Source: an uncultured delta proteobacterium (GTDB lineage: Bacteria > Desulfobacterota > Desulfomonilia > Desulfomonilales > Desulfomonilaceae). From it: a stretch of 64,000 nt of DNA. This document shows, piece after piece, positions 1-10,848 of the stretch. Location of the stretch: positions 1 through 64,000 of the forward strand of contig CAWBKB010000003.1 in assembly GCA_963789265.1 (NCBI GenBank), written 5' to 3'. Both the position numbers and the translations under genes were made by a program. Under the pieces are notes generated by a model. It was not told the origin of the DNA and searched no databases. It saw only the letters and a list, made by a program, of their open reading frames with translations. The number at the start of each line of letters is the position of its first letter. The first letter of the stretch is position 1.

Positions 1-1197
1 GTATGTTCCCACGTCGGCGGTCGGGTGCTCGAACTGCTCCAAGGTATCATAGCGTTTGTAGCCCACCGCGTCTCCGACCAGGGAGACCTTGCGAAAGAAG
101 CCGCGAAGAATCTCGTGGCCGGCCGTCTCCGCCTCTTGCAAGAGCGCGTCCTCGGCGATCTGTTTTTCGGGCAGGCACTCCTCGATCCAATGCCGTGCCT
201 CGGACTCCAGTGCCGGCTTGGCGGACGCCCCCGGATAGCGATCGAGGATCGCCGCGGCCGCGGCCAGCCGATCACCGAGCTGCGCGGGGAGTTTGCCACG
301 CAACGCGGCCGAGGCTTGCTCCGCCGCGCGGTCCCGATCGTTCGCTTGTTCCTTCTCCTTGAGGGAACGGAGCGTTTGTTCACACCTTGCCAGGACCGCG
401 CGTTCTGCGTCGTCCCAGATGCCCGGATCCGGGTATTTTTCCAGAAAACCGGCCAGTGCCGCGGCCTGCTCGGCGGCCGTCGAAGCAGCCTTGTAGCGTC
501 CCCACGCCTTCTCTCGGTCGGCATGGAACGTGGCGCGAAGCTCGAGCTTCCGCACACGCTCGACGACCTGGGCGTCGAACCGAGCGGCCGTAGTTCGTCA
601 ACCATTGCTGGTATTCGGCAACGCAACGCTCGTATTGCCCGGCGCGGAACGCGGCGGCGATCTCACGCATGCGGGCGACAGCCTCCGATTTCCGCTGGTG
701 CTCGGCGAGCGTGCCCCGCAGCGACCGCGATCCGCTCGTCCAGCAGGGCCGCCAAGGCCGTGTTGCTTTCCTGCCCCGCCGCGCCGACTTTCTCCCGCAG
801 CCGCTCCATCTGGCGGGCGGCCATGGCCAGGCTCTCGGTCTCGTCGCCGGCGGCCAGGTGCTCGGCAGCCAGCGTGTCTTCGATCGCGGCACGCGTTGTG
901 ACCCACCGCGGCCAGCTTTCCTTGAACGGTTGAAAGACGCTTCCCGCCGGCGCCTTTTGCAGTTCCGGCAAGTTCTCGCCCGCAAGAAGATCCGTCTCGA
1001 TCAGGCGATCGGCCAGCGGCTTTTCCATTTGGATCATCGCACGGCACTTTTCTGCCGTTGCGGAGATATCCGGTGCATCGTCGGCCGTTCCGCCCGCCGA
1101 TCGCCCCTTCCTCCGCCGAGCGCAGATCGACGAAGCTCCAAACCGTCAATGCGAGCAGAGGCGTGCAAGCCAGGATGAGGATCAGCACGGATTTCAT
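1..1197 (-). CDS. Hypothetical N-terminally membrane-anchored alpha-helical protein; frameshifted and runs off the window edge
   Basis: Starts MKSVLILILACTPLLALTVWSF (signal/TM). Protein-like segments continue through ORFs 598-1197, 663-1037 and 380-985 and a further frame to nt 1 (..EARHWIEECLPEKQIAEDALLQEAET..). Several indels are needed to join them. Confidence 0.55.
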
Positions 1198-1301
1198 CGT
1201 TGAAAAGGCTCACGATTCTCCGCAGATTCGTGGGCGGGTCCCGCTGCGCTCGGCCCCATACGAACCAACTTTAGCCTCCGGCGGCCAAAGGCCGGTGTTT
1301 G

Positions 1302-1386
1302 GAGCCTGAAAGGCTCGAACGAAATCAGCCCAAGGCAACGCCCTGGGAATCAAAGCCGAATGCAGTTTACGAGCCCTGAAAGGGTG
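1302..1386. repeat. REP-like hairpin cluster
   Basis: GAGCC-TGAAA-GGCTC, AGCCCAAGGCAACGCCCTGGG and GCCCTGAAAGGG hairpins, the widespread GCCCTGAAAGGGC / CCCAGGGCAACGCCCTGGG REP type. Confidence 0.65.
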
Positions 1387-1414
1387 TAACAACGGCGGTG
1401 GAAACATCAAGCTA

Positions 1415-2043
1415 TTGTCCGAATGATGAGAACGATTGGGGGCCAAGAATGGTGCGAGCACAAACCGGCTCCATCCGGCTTGTCCGAATGATGAGAACGA
1501 TTGGGGGCCAGAAAAATGGTGCGAGCACAAACCGGCTCCATCCGGCTTGTCCGGATGGTGAGAACGATTGGAGGCCAGAGCAATGGCGAGAGCGCCAAAC
1601 CGACTCCATCCGGCTTGTCCGAATGATGAGAGCGATTGGGGGCCAGACAACGGCGCAGGCACCAAACCGACTCCATCCGGCTTGTCCGGATGGTGAGAAC
1701 GATTGGGGGCCAGACAATGGCACGGCACCAAACCGACTCCATCCGGCTTGTCCGGATGATGAGAGCGATTGGGGGCCAGACAACGGCGCGGCACCAAACC
1801 GACTCCATCCGGCTTGTCCGGATGGTGAGAACGATTGGGGGCCAGACAACGGCGCAGGCGCCAAACCGGCTCCATCCGGCTTGTCCGGATGGTGAGTACG
1901 ATTGGGGGCCAGACAATGGCCGGGCGCCAAACCGACTCCATCCGGCTTGTCCGGATGGTGAGTACGATTGGGGGCCAGACAATGGCACGGGCGCCAAACC
2001 GACTCCATCCGGCTTGTCCGGATGGTGAGTACGATTGGGGGCC
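1415..2043 (+). repeat. Tandem palindromic array A: 9 full units plus 1 partial, period 66-68 bp
   Basis: Core CCATCCGG-CTTGT-CCG(G/A)ATG starts at 1471, 1538, 1606, 1673, 1739, 1805, 1872, 1938 and 2005, each followed by GAG(AA/AG/TA)CGATTGG(G/A)GGCC. Confidence 0.95.
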
Positions 2044-2078
2044 GGACGGGGTTGCACGCGCCGTCTGGTACTTCCAAC

Positions 2079-2453
2079 CTGGCCGTCAATCCGGTTCACC
2101 ATCCGGGCAAGCTGGATGGGGTCCTGGCACGGGTGTGGCCGAGCACTCTGGCCGTCAATCCGGTTCACCATCCGGGCAAGCCGGATGGGGTCCTGACACG
2201 GGTGTGGCCGAGCACTCTGGCCGTCAATCCGGTTCACCATCCGGGCAAGCCGGATGGAGTCCTGGCGCGGGTGTGGCCGACGCTCTGGCCGTCAATCCGG
2301 TTCACCATCCGGGCAAGCCGGATGGGGTCCTGGCGTGGGTGTGGCCAAGCGCTCTGGCCGTCAATCCGGTTCACCATCCGGGCAAGCCGGATGGGGTCCT
2401 GGCGTGGGTGTGGCCGAGCGCTCTGGCCGTCAATCCGGGCAAGCCGGATGGGG
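2079..2453 (-). repeat. Tandem palindromic array B: 5 full units plus 1 internally deleted unit, period 68-69 bp, an inverted relative of array A
   Basis: Core CCATCCGG-GCAAG-C(C/T)GGATGG at 2099, 2168, 2237, 2305 and 2374. The unit CTGGCCGTCAATCCGGTTCACCATCCGGGCAAGCCGGATGGGGTC aligns with the reverse complement of the A unit. Confidence 0.95.
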
Positions 2454-2531
2454 CCGCCGCGCCGCCTACTACTTCGGACACTGCAAGCGTATGGCTCATT
2501 TTCAATGCAAATATCAATAATTCATGCGCAG

Positions 2532-3534
2532 TCATTCGGCGTCCACCTTGGCCTCCTTTTGGAGCAACTGGACGCCTTTCGGGCCCAGATCGAAGTAGAT
2601 GTCGTATTGGCAGTCCTTCTTGACCAGCAACTCCAGCCAATCCGTTTCGGCAATCGGTCGGTCGTCCCCATCAAGCCTCCGGGGTCGAATCGCAAACATC
2701 GCCTGGATGCGGACCATCTTCAATTTGCCGCGAAGATCCTTCGCCGATATTTCGTGGGCGGCGAATCGTTCGAGTGGAACCTCCGAATTGTTACCAAAAA
2801 CATCGATCCTCCAGCGGACGACGACACGGTCCTTGTAGGACGTTTCCGCCAGCGGCTGGCCGTTGATGCGAATCTGAAGCGGGTCCAGCCGCGCGATCAC
2901 ATTCGGCTTCATCAGCCGGGACTCGCTCGGCGGAGGGAATTTGCCGTCGATCAACGGAAGGCCCGTCGGACCCAGCGCCGGCTTGTCGGACTGGACCGGC
3001 TTGGCTTCCATCTTTGCCACGGGCTTTGCCGGCTCCGCTGCGGGATTCTCCGCAATCCGTTCCTTGGAATGCGGTTGCCGAGGGCCGCCATCGTTTTTTT
3101 CGGGCTTGGGAGGGGAGGATGTTGCCGGATCGGGCGTTTTCTTTTCCGGTGGCGACGGCTGTTGAGCAACGTCATTCGCCGCCTCTATTTTCGGCTCGAC
3201 GCCTAGCGGTTTGGCTGCCGACGGCGGTTTGACGCCCACGGGCTGTTGCTCTCGTCCGGTTCCGCTTTCTGGTTGTTTCAGCTCCTGCCCGACAAAGAAG
3301 GTCAACAAAACAATCGCGCAGGCGGCGGCCCCAAGAAGTGAGAATTGGGTTGGCTTGTCCTGCCACCAGGGTTTTCGTTGCGACGGTCGGATAGACCGCA
3401 CGGGTTGCGTTTGGATTTCCACCGACAGCGGCTCTGGGGCGGGTGGCGGGACGATAACGATTACGGGAGCGGTCTTGTCCCGCAATTTCGCGTCATACGC
3501 GGCTTTCTTCACGGGGTCGAGCAGACAGACCCTC
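2532..3534 (-). CDS. Planctomycete-type membrane protein (J-domain-like tail, Pro-rich linker, TM helix, C-terminal domain), 5'-truncated
   Basis: RVCLLDPVKKAAYDAKLR is the end of a J-domain-like N-terminal module common in Planctomycetes, followed by TM FSLLGAAACAIVLLTFFV. The predicted first 17 aa (to 3587) come from the adjoining DNA. Confidence 0.6.
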
Positions 3535-6500
3535 TGGATGACCTCGCCTACGCTTTCTGGGCGGTATCGGATGGTCACCCGCTCCACTTGTGTTACCTGA
3601 TTGGATCTATTTGCGAAAACAACTTGCCGCCAATCCCGAGCTTAATATGGGATCTTCAGGCCTGCCAGAGTCAAGACATCGACAGTTACTATCGTCGTCT
3701 ATGGGACGGTATAATCCACGAAAGGGGCAGGCAATTACTTCACCTGATGACAGCATGTCCCTTTGAATGGCCTGAATCGGGCTTGCTCGCCTCCCTTGAC
3801 CCCCAAGGATATTACCGAGCGGAGTGTGTCCAAGCGCTGAGAACGGTCAAACATCTAACTAAGAAGACCGCTCTAGGCCTTGTGCCTTTTCATCCCAGCC
3901 TTAGGGAATTTGTGCGCAACGGAACCGACCATTCGTTATATTCGGATCTCTGCCGAAAGCAGGCGTTGGCGTGGCTGGCAGACCCCTGGTTCACCAGAAT
4001 ACTTGCGTTGGTCACAGGAGTGGCACCTCCGAGCGGAACTCGGCGATTCCACGGGATTAATTGACGGACCCTGCCGGTCTTGGGCAATTGACGCAATCAT
4101 CAAACGATACAATGCTAATGATGTCTTGAGATTGTTGTCGCGATCATGTCAAGAAGCTCTAAAGGCCGGCAAGGTACGTGACTACCTTCGAACCGCTCTG
4201 CTGAGAGATTATGTGGACTGGACCTACGAAGGACATGAGGAAGCCTGGACCAAGGTTTTGGAAGCACAGCTCGTTGTATTGAAGAGTGATGGCTCGATTA
4301 CTTCCTAGAATGCGCAAAAGTCTGTGGTATTTCCAGGCAGGAGAGCTAGTCACTCTCGCAAGAAGAGCGCGCCTGGATGGCGACTCCGGGCTGTCGAAAG
4401 AAATCCTAGACCACCTCAGTGACAGGATGAGACGATCCGCTCACCGTGGCCACTCCACCGGCTATCGGGAGGAAATGATTGCCGTGGCGGCTAACTGCGA
4501 TGCTGTGGATCCCAGGAAAGTCATGGAGTACATCGCAGCCCATAAAGAGGCAGGACTTTCCCTTAACCTATTGGAGGTTCACGCATCGGAGCTACGGCGG
4601 GCGAAAAGGCTGGATATTTTTCGGAAGATTCTCACTGGAGACTTTGAGGAAAAGGAAAATCAATTACTGGTAAGAGAAGCGGCGCTCTTGGCCATGGAAC
4701 TGGGAGTAGACACTACACTCTTGCAGAAACTCGGCTCTGTAAAGGAACCAGTCATGGCCGTACTTTTTGCCTTGGTTCCGTGTGAAGAAATCTCGTGTGA
4801 CGGGGTCGATCTTCCGCATTTGGTAATGTACGGCAAGCGTTTGCGGGACATCTACGGTTACGGTAGCGCCATCAGAAAAGGAATTGCCAAAGACCTCCAC
4901 TCGACTTTCTTCAGTCTGTGGGCCAATCATCTCTGGGGAGTTTCCGACAAAAACGAAACTTGGCTAAAAAGTATAGGAACATATGCATATGATGCACGAT
5001 TTCTCAGGGAACTAGACGAAATCGCCCGAGAATTGGTTGGAACAGTCAAGAGCGGCATAGTTCCAGGCATAGGGTTTGTCTTTGAGCGGCTCCGAGACTT
5101 TGAAAAGCCTACGCCGAATTCAGCCGCGGAATCTTGGGATGTAGTGGAAGGAATAAAGCGGGCTATGACGAGAATAGCGCTGGACCTTCTCTGTCTGGGC
5201 GGTCTGAAGGGAGTAAGGCCTCAGATATCGGCCTACGAGATTGATCTGGCATTCGACGGCGGATTCTGCAACTGGGGCATATGGACAGAGGAGTATCTTC
5301 CTCGCGGACGGACATGGATGAACAAAAGAGCAGCCAAAGCTCTGTTGGACCGCACCGAGCCTTTGTTAAAGAACCGCATAGACACCTTCCCAGATCGGGC
5401 CGAGATGTTCAGTGAGATGGCTATCCTGGCGGCTACTCATGGACTTGATCAAGATGCTGCTCGATATGTAGAACAGACAGCGTCAAACCTGCTGGGCTAT
5501 GGATACCGAAAGGACGTCCTGCTCTTCGCTGCTCTTGATTCAGTTCTCGCGTGCCATAATGCTGGGGCCATAAGAGCGAAAGATCATGTCTGCAGGCTCG
5601 CACCGGCGATAGCTCAGGTAACGGAATTCACAGATGGAGCTATGACGTATCGGTTGCCGTTCGAACTGGCGGACACTTTGGCACGTATGGACCGTGACCT
5701 GCTGATGAAATACTACAAGTGGCTACTTCGGGAAGAGCAATATTCGGTCGCGGACCACGCTTTTGGCTCATACCTGAAAGTTTGCGACTTGAGTTCCGAC
5801 GTGAGTAAGAGAGTGGCTGGCACGGCCCTAGATACCGATTCTATAAAGATACTTCAGGAACGCCACACACAAGGCGACCCCGATGTGCCCACTGTCTTGG
5901 CTGAAATCGCAGCTTATCTGGGTGAATTACCTCGATTTCCCGAGGACGTTCCGCCAACCCACACGCCTATGCCTGACAACCATCGTGACAGCGGAGCCAG
6001 GACCACATCCATAGGGCTATCCGCCAGAGCTTTTCACGGATTATTTGAGAGAGCTATGGAATCAAAGAGGCCAAATCCATTGGCATCACTTGCGAATTGA
6101 GCCGTGGCTGACATTTTGGGTCGGTCAAGGGGAAGCGGAAGCGGCTTTCAGAGTTATGGAACGATCAATTCAACGAGGTGAGAAGTTCAGCTTTTCTGAT
6201 GACCTGTTTGAGATCGCGGCTGCATCTGTAGGCGAACCACAGGCTTTCGACTGGCTCGTGAGGTCTCATGCCCAGGAGCACGGATGGCAGCATTATTGGC
6301 AAGATGTTGAGAGGGTGAAACCCCGTTGGCAAATTGTGAAAGATCGTTACCGTGAAAGATGGCTCGAATTCATGATCAAGTCCATTGAGTTAGAGGATCG
6401 AGACCGCCGCGCCCCGTGCGGCAAGGAAAAGATTGAGCGGATGGTGCAGTTCTGCATTTTTATGGAAGAAGTCGGCCTGGCAGAGGCACTGACGGAAACT

Positions 6501-6575
6501 GTGACCCAATTTGTCTCCGAGATTGTGTCGCCTCTAGACTTGAAATTGCCCGAATGGGTGCCGGAACATGTGTGA
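3535..6575 (+). CDS. C-terminal ~1000 aa of a STAND/NACHT (Avs-like) ATPase; 5'-truncated, about 3 frameshifts
   Basis: GxP motif (SDGHPLHLCYL), winged-helix-like FHPSLREFV and a long helical-repeat sensor region (LLGYGYRKD, VTEFTDG). Spread over overlapping ORFs 3345-4064, 3880-4308, 4286-6100 and 6045-6575. No Walker A/B motif present. Confidence 0.7.
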
Positions 6576-8076
6576 CCGCTCGCCCAACCTTGAGTTCTTG
6601 TTAGCGCGTTTGAGCCATCCTTCAGGTATGGTTCGGGAGCGCACCTGCACGGCCATCGCCCGACTTCTGGGGGAGGGAAACGCCCATGAAGACGTGTGGT
6701 GCCATCTTAAGGCTTGGATGGAATCACAAACCTTGGAGAGTGTGGCCACGCATGTGCTGTTGATATGGGTTAGACTCCGTTCGGAAGATCCCTCAGCGAT
6801 TATTCCCGATTCGACAGAGTTGATATCTGCTTTTCCTCGTCACTCGATCTTGTCGTGGCTTCTCATCGAAGAGCTATACGGTACGGAACTACCGCAGCCG
6901 AATTGGAATGATTTTTTCTCCCCAGGACTTGCGAAAACCTTCAAACCTGAAAACTTCTTCCTGGAGCGGGGAAAATACTTTATTCCTCAGATCTATATTA
7001 CCACGGCCAATGAAATATCCCGCAAAACAGGCTGCCCCTTTCTGGATCAATGGGGATGGGAGTGGGAAATACTCTTGCGCACCGAGCAGTTGCATCCGGA
7101 CAAACGCGTCCTGGAATTCCGTGATGGCGCTAATTCTGGACGACATGTCTCCTATGATTTCAAGCTTAGTGAAATATTTCGATCTGCATATCTTCGGACG
7201 TTGGCATGGGCGGCGGCCGAAGGTTTTTTGGACAAAGACTGGGCGCGGATTCATGCTGCAAAATGTTGCCCCATAGATGTGGGACTGTGGAAAGTGAAGA
7301 TGGGGCACCCCCCCGAGTGGTGGCCAAGACTGCCCGATCAGGCTGGAACCTTTGACCAGAGCGTGGAACTGGTCATAGCTCATCTCGGCAACCTCTGGCA
7401 AGAACGAGAGGCCGCTCTTCCAAGGGACTGGCAACTTGCCCAATGCAACGGGCTGATTAGGGGAAAGGGAGTTCACGTCGAACTTGAGATCTACGCTGTT
7501 TTCCAGCGTTGCCTCGGCCCTGTTGCTCCGGACCTCAAGACCATTCTAGAAGACTGTCGGTGGCGAGTATTCGATCCTATCGTCTATGAATCTCTGGTTA
7601 AATTTTCGGGTCGCCTCTTACGCTGGCCTCACGAAAAGAAAGCCAAACGAATGGAAGATTGGGAGCTAACTCCTGCTTTCACAAGAGTCGAAACGCCAAT
7701 TGCGACCGGGTGGGAATGGTGGCGACACTGGCGTCAAGTGTGGGCTCCTGCCCTGACCGTCATGGGCGACGAACTCAGAATTGAAGTTTTGCCCGACGGG
7801 ATAGACTATGTGGCCGGACAATATACCCTTGGGCAATGGAGAGATTGGGCGGCCGGACTTCGAGACGTACGAGATCGAAATTTACCGCCGGAGACTGGGC
7901 AGGTGCTGTTCGTACGCGGAGATGCAGTTGACGCGTACTGTGAAAAAACGAAATCAGCTTTTTGTTGGATCTGGAAGCTCACCGCGTATCATAAGAAATC
8001 AGCTTCGGAGGATTATAAGGAGATATCCTTTGAAGGCATTTTCGGAGCTTCAAATATCATTGTCGATCGAAAATGA
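6568..8076 (+). CDS. Hypothetical 502-aa partner of the STAND ATPase with a HEAT-like N-terminus
   Basis: Intact ORF whose start overlaps the upstream stop (ATGTGTGA). LLARLSHPSGMVRERTCTAIARLL is HEAT-repeat-like; the protein is Trp-rich. Confidence 0.8.
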   Translation: MCDRSPNLEFLLARLSHPSGMVRERTCTAIARLLGEGNAHEDVWCHLKAWMESQTLESVATHVLLIWVRLRSEDPSAIIPDSTELISAFPRHSILSWLLIEELYGTELPQPNWNDFFSPGLAKTFKPENFFLERGKYFIPQIYITTANEISRKTGCPFLDQWGWEWEILLRTEQLHPDKRVLEFRDGANSGRHVSYDFKLSEIFRSAYLRTLAWAAAEGFLDKDWARIHAAKCCPIDVGLWKVKMGHPPEWWPRLPDQAGTFDQSVELVIAHLGNLWQEREAALPRDWQLAQCNGLIRGKGVHVELEIYAVFQRCLGPVAPDLKTILEDCRWRVFDPIVYESLVKFSGRLLRWPHEKKAKRMEDWELTPAFTRVETPIATGWEWWRHWRQVWAPALTVMGDELRIEVLPDGIDYVAGQYTLGQWRDWAAGLRDVRDRNLPPETGQVLFVRGDAVDAYCEKTKSAFCWIWKLTAYHKKSASEDYKEISFEGIFGASNIIVDRK

Positions 8077-8643
8077 TATGGCCCAAAACGAATCAATTTG
8101 CATCATCGGACTGTTTCGTGGATCGGTAGAGTCAGCTCGCCGAGCGAGGACAAGGCTTTCGCCGGTCTTAAGCTCAGATCTATGTTGTTTCCGGATCGAT
8201 TGCGTCACTACGTGTTCTTCATCTCAGGAGTCAGGGCCCAGGAGCCGCTGGGCATTAGGTAACGTATTGGAATCCATGAGTTTCCCTCGGCCTAAAGCCC
8301 ACGGGCGCTGCACTTTTGCCTAAGCCTGGGTCCAGAGCGGCTGGCTGCGTGCTTTACATACTCGAGAAATAGGTGCCACTTGTTATGTCAGAGATATGGT
8401 CCCTTTTTATCGTTGAAGGGTGCAGAACCAGATTCCCGAAGCGGAAAGCCCCATACTGATGAAGTACAGCCCGTAGGATTCGCAGAAGCACATAATGCGA
8501 TATAGCCCGGAAATCACTACCTAAATTGATTGGTCAGCGTTGACCGGCACTGAACAACATGCTATGTTTTTTGTTGACCCTTTTCCAATCCATTCGCGGT
8601 TGCTTGGAAATGCCTCGACACATGTAAGACCGCGAGGCAATTC

Positions 8644-10149
8644 ATGCCTTTGTCCTGGTTCAACAGCTTGCTGGCCTCATTGGCGCTCCTCTTCTTAGTG
8701 TTCGTCTCTGCGCCTTTGAGCGTCCTTTGCGCGGAAGAATCCTCAACACGAGTCCGAGCTGAAAATACCTTCTTTTCGGGGTGTAATCTTCTTGCCCAGG
8801 GCAATGTGTCTCAAGCGATACCAGACCTGGAAAATGCAGTCGAGTCCGACCCTGAAAATAGCAGATACCGTCAGGTACTGGCCGTAGCCTATAACAACCT
8901 GGGCCTCAGGCTGACTCGCCAAGGAAACGTCCGAAACGGCATCCTTTTCCTGGCCAAAGCGTTGAATGTTGTCCCCGACGACAAAGGGATACGGTCCAAT
9001 TTCGTTCAGGCCGTTCGTCAAGCGGTGACAGCGCCGGAAGAAAAGATCACGGTCGAGGATAAGGTGGCTTTTCTGAAGCAGGTGATCGAAGTAGAACCCG
9101 GAAATACGGCCATTCAAAGGGCCTTAGCCATTTTCTTGAACAACTCGGGAGTGGCGAAAGGGAGAACAGGCGATCATGAAGAGGAAATAGTTCAACTGAC
9201 ACAGGCATCGTCTATAGATCCAGAGAATACGAAGATAAAAAAGAACCTTGCCAATGCCTATTACAATCTGGCGCTCACCAAACGCGAGGCGGGTGCTTTT
9301 AATGACCAAGTGAATCTGCTCCGGAAAGCGCTGGTATTATCCCCCAGAGACCAAACCGTCATCAAAAGCTTGGCCGCAGCCCTATCGAATCTGGCTGTAG
9401 TAAAGGGGAAGGAGGGGGACATCTCGGGGCAGATTTCTCTTCTCAAAGAATCTTTTGATCTGTTTTCGGGAGATGCTGTCACGAAGACAAACCTCGCAGC
9501 CGCTTACAACAACTATGCTATGGCTGAAAATCCTGAGATGACCCCGGCTGAACGAATGGCCGATCTGGAAATGTCACTCAAGCTGGACCCCACGAATGAG
9601 ATCTCGAAGAGCAACTATTGCAACGTGGCTATGCAGGAGGCCATGAAGGAAGCCAAAGGCGGTTCGTTCAACAAGACGATTGAAATTCTGAAAAAAGCCG
9701 CAAGGGTGGACCCTGAGAACAAAACTGTCCAAACCAAATTGGTAGAAGTGTACGGCAATCGGACTCTCAAGAAAGGTGGGAAAGACAAGCATCGGGAGAA
9801 GACTCGGAATTCATCCGAAAGTCCCCATACCTGCCGACTGTTGAAGGAGTATCTTAAGCGATTGGTCGCAATTTGCTCTAGCTCCACCGATGCGGCTTTG
9901 GACTCAAAGCTCGCTTTGCTGAAGGCACACTATCAAAGCATGACCGTGCAGATGAAATCTGCCGAATTGAAAGCCGCATTAGCCAAGTACGAGAAAGTCT
10001 GCCGCTGTATTAACAGATCCCGCAATTCAGGAACAAGCCTGAATGTCATCTATTCCAGGAACTTGTGCGGAAGCCCTTCCACCAAACAGATGCGTATAAA
10101 CATGGTGAACAAGTGCCGGGGACGCCGGGCAGCCGGCTTACATAAGTAA
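8644..10149 (+). CDS. Exported tetratricopeptide-repeat protein
   Basis: Hydrophobic signal peptide followed by repeated DPxN..LAxAYNNL(G/A) TPR units. The C-terminus may be frameshifted. Confidence 0.8.
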   Translation: MPLSWFNSLLASLALLFLVFVSAPLSVLCAEESSTRVRAENTFFSGCNLLAQGNVSQAIPDLENAVESDPENSRYRQVLAVAYNNLGLRLTRQGNVRNGILFLAKALNVVPDDKGIRSNFVQAVRQAVTAPEEKITVEDKVAFLKQVIEVEPGNTAIQRALAIFLNNSGVAKGRTGDHEEEIVQLTQASSIDPENTKIKKNLANAYYNLALTKREAGAFNDQVNLLRKALVLSPRDQTVIKSLAAALSNLAVVKGKEGDISGQISLLKESFDLFSGDAVTKTNLAAAYNNYAMAENPEMTPAERMADLEMSLKLDPTNEISKSNYCNVAMQEAMKEAKGGSFNKTIEILKKAARVDPENKTVQTKLVEVYGNRTLKKGGKDKHREKTRNSSESPHTCRLLKEYLKRLVAICSSSTDAALDSKLALLKAHYQSMTVQMKSAELKAALAKYEKVCRCINRSRNSGTSLNVIYSRNLCGSPSTKQMRINMVNKCRGRRAAGLHK

Positions 10150-10240
10150 AATGCCTTTCACGGTTAAACACCTCTGCCAAATAAGCTTGGGACTCTCAAC
10201 CTGTGCGGCCTTTCCTTCTTTTTCAGGCCGATTTTCCCCT

Positions 10241-10519
10241 TTACTTCTTATTCAGCCCTTCCTCAAGGTCTTGCCCAACCTTGAAAAACGGCACCACCTT
10301 TGCCTCGACGACCGTTTTTTCTCCCGTTTTGGGGTTCCGACCCACGTACCCGGCGTACCGCCTTACGGTAAAGGAGCCGAAACCCCGTATTTCTATCCGA
10401 TCCCCGGCCACGAGGGAACGGGCCATGGTATCAAACACCTTGTCCACTATCTCCTCGGCCTTCCGAATCGGGAGGTCCATCTCTTTGCTCAGGGCCTTTG
10501 AGAGATCCGATTTGTTCAT
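10241..10519 (-). CDS. ihfB: Integration host factor beta-like DNA-binding protein
   Basis: MNKSDL..DRIEIRGFGSF..GRNPKTGE..PFFKVG signature. Confidence 0.85.
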   Translation of the reverse strand: MNKSDLSKALSKEMDLPIRKAEEIVDKVFDTMARSLVAGDRIEIRGFGSFTVRRYAGYVGRNPKTGEKTVVEAKVVPFFKVGQDLEEGLNKK

Positions 10520-10542
10520 ATAGAATCAAGTCCTATGCCGGT

Positions 10543-10848
10543 TTACTTCTTCTTCGCACCAGCTTTCTTTGGAGTCGCCTTCACAGCCTCCTTGAGCTCC
10601 TTTGCCGCTCTGAAGGCAGGCGCTTTTGTAGCGGGAATCTTGATCTTCGCCTGGGTCTGAGGATTAACACCTGTCCTCGCCTTCCTTTCCACCACCCTGA
10701 AGGTGCCGAGCCCGGCCAGCCTCACCTGTCCCTCTTTCTTGAGAGCTTGTTGTACGGAACCTGTCAGGGACTTCAGCACTGCCTCTACCCCCTTCTTGGG
10801 TACGTTGGACTCCTTGGTGATTTGGTCAACCAGTTCAGCCTTGGTCAT
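10543..10848 (-). CDS. hup: HU family DNA-binding protein
   Basis: MTKAELV..GLGTF..RKARTGVNPQT..IPA..PAFRA, with a Lys-rich tail. GAGGG RBS precedes the ATG at 10848. Confidence 0.9.
   Translation of the reverse strand: MTKAELVDQITKESNVPKKGVEAVLKSLTGSVQQALKKEGQVRLAGLGTFRVVERKARTGVNPQTQAKIKIPATKAPAFRAAKELKEAVKATPKKAGAKKK

Noticed and set aside
25..933. Long plus-strand ORFs at the window start and antisense ORFs across the nuo operon
   Set aside because: They are shadow frames of GC-rich genes on the opposite strand.
1415..2453. CRISPR array interpretation of the palindromic repeats
   Set aside because: The inter-repeat segments are short (about 15-20 nt) variants of one another, the conserved part is about 50 bp, orientation flips mid-array, and no cas gene or leader is present.
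1210..2640. Repetitive ORFs over the arrays (HHPDKPDG, RLHPACPDG and similar)
   Set aside because: Unit lengths vary from 66 to 69 bp, so frames rotate between units. These are translation artefacts of non-coding repeats.
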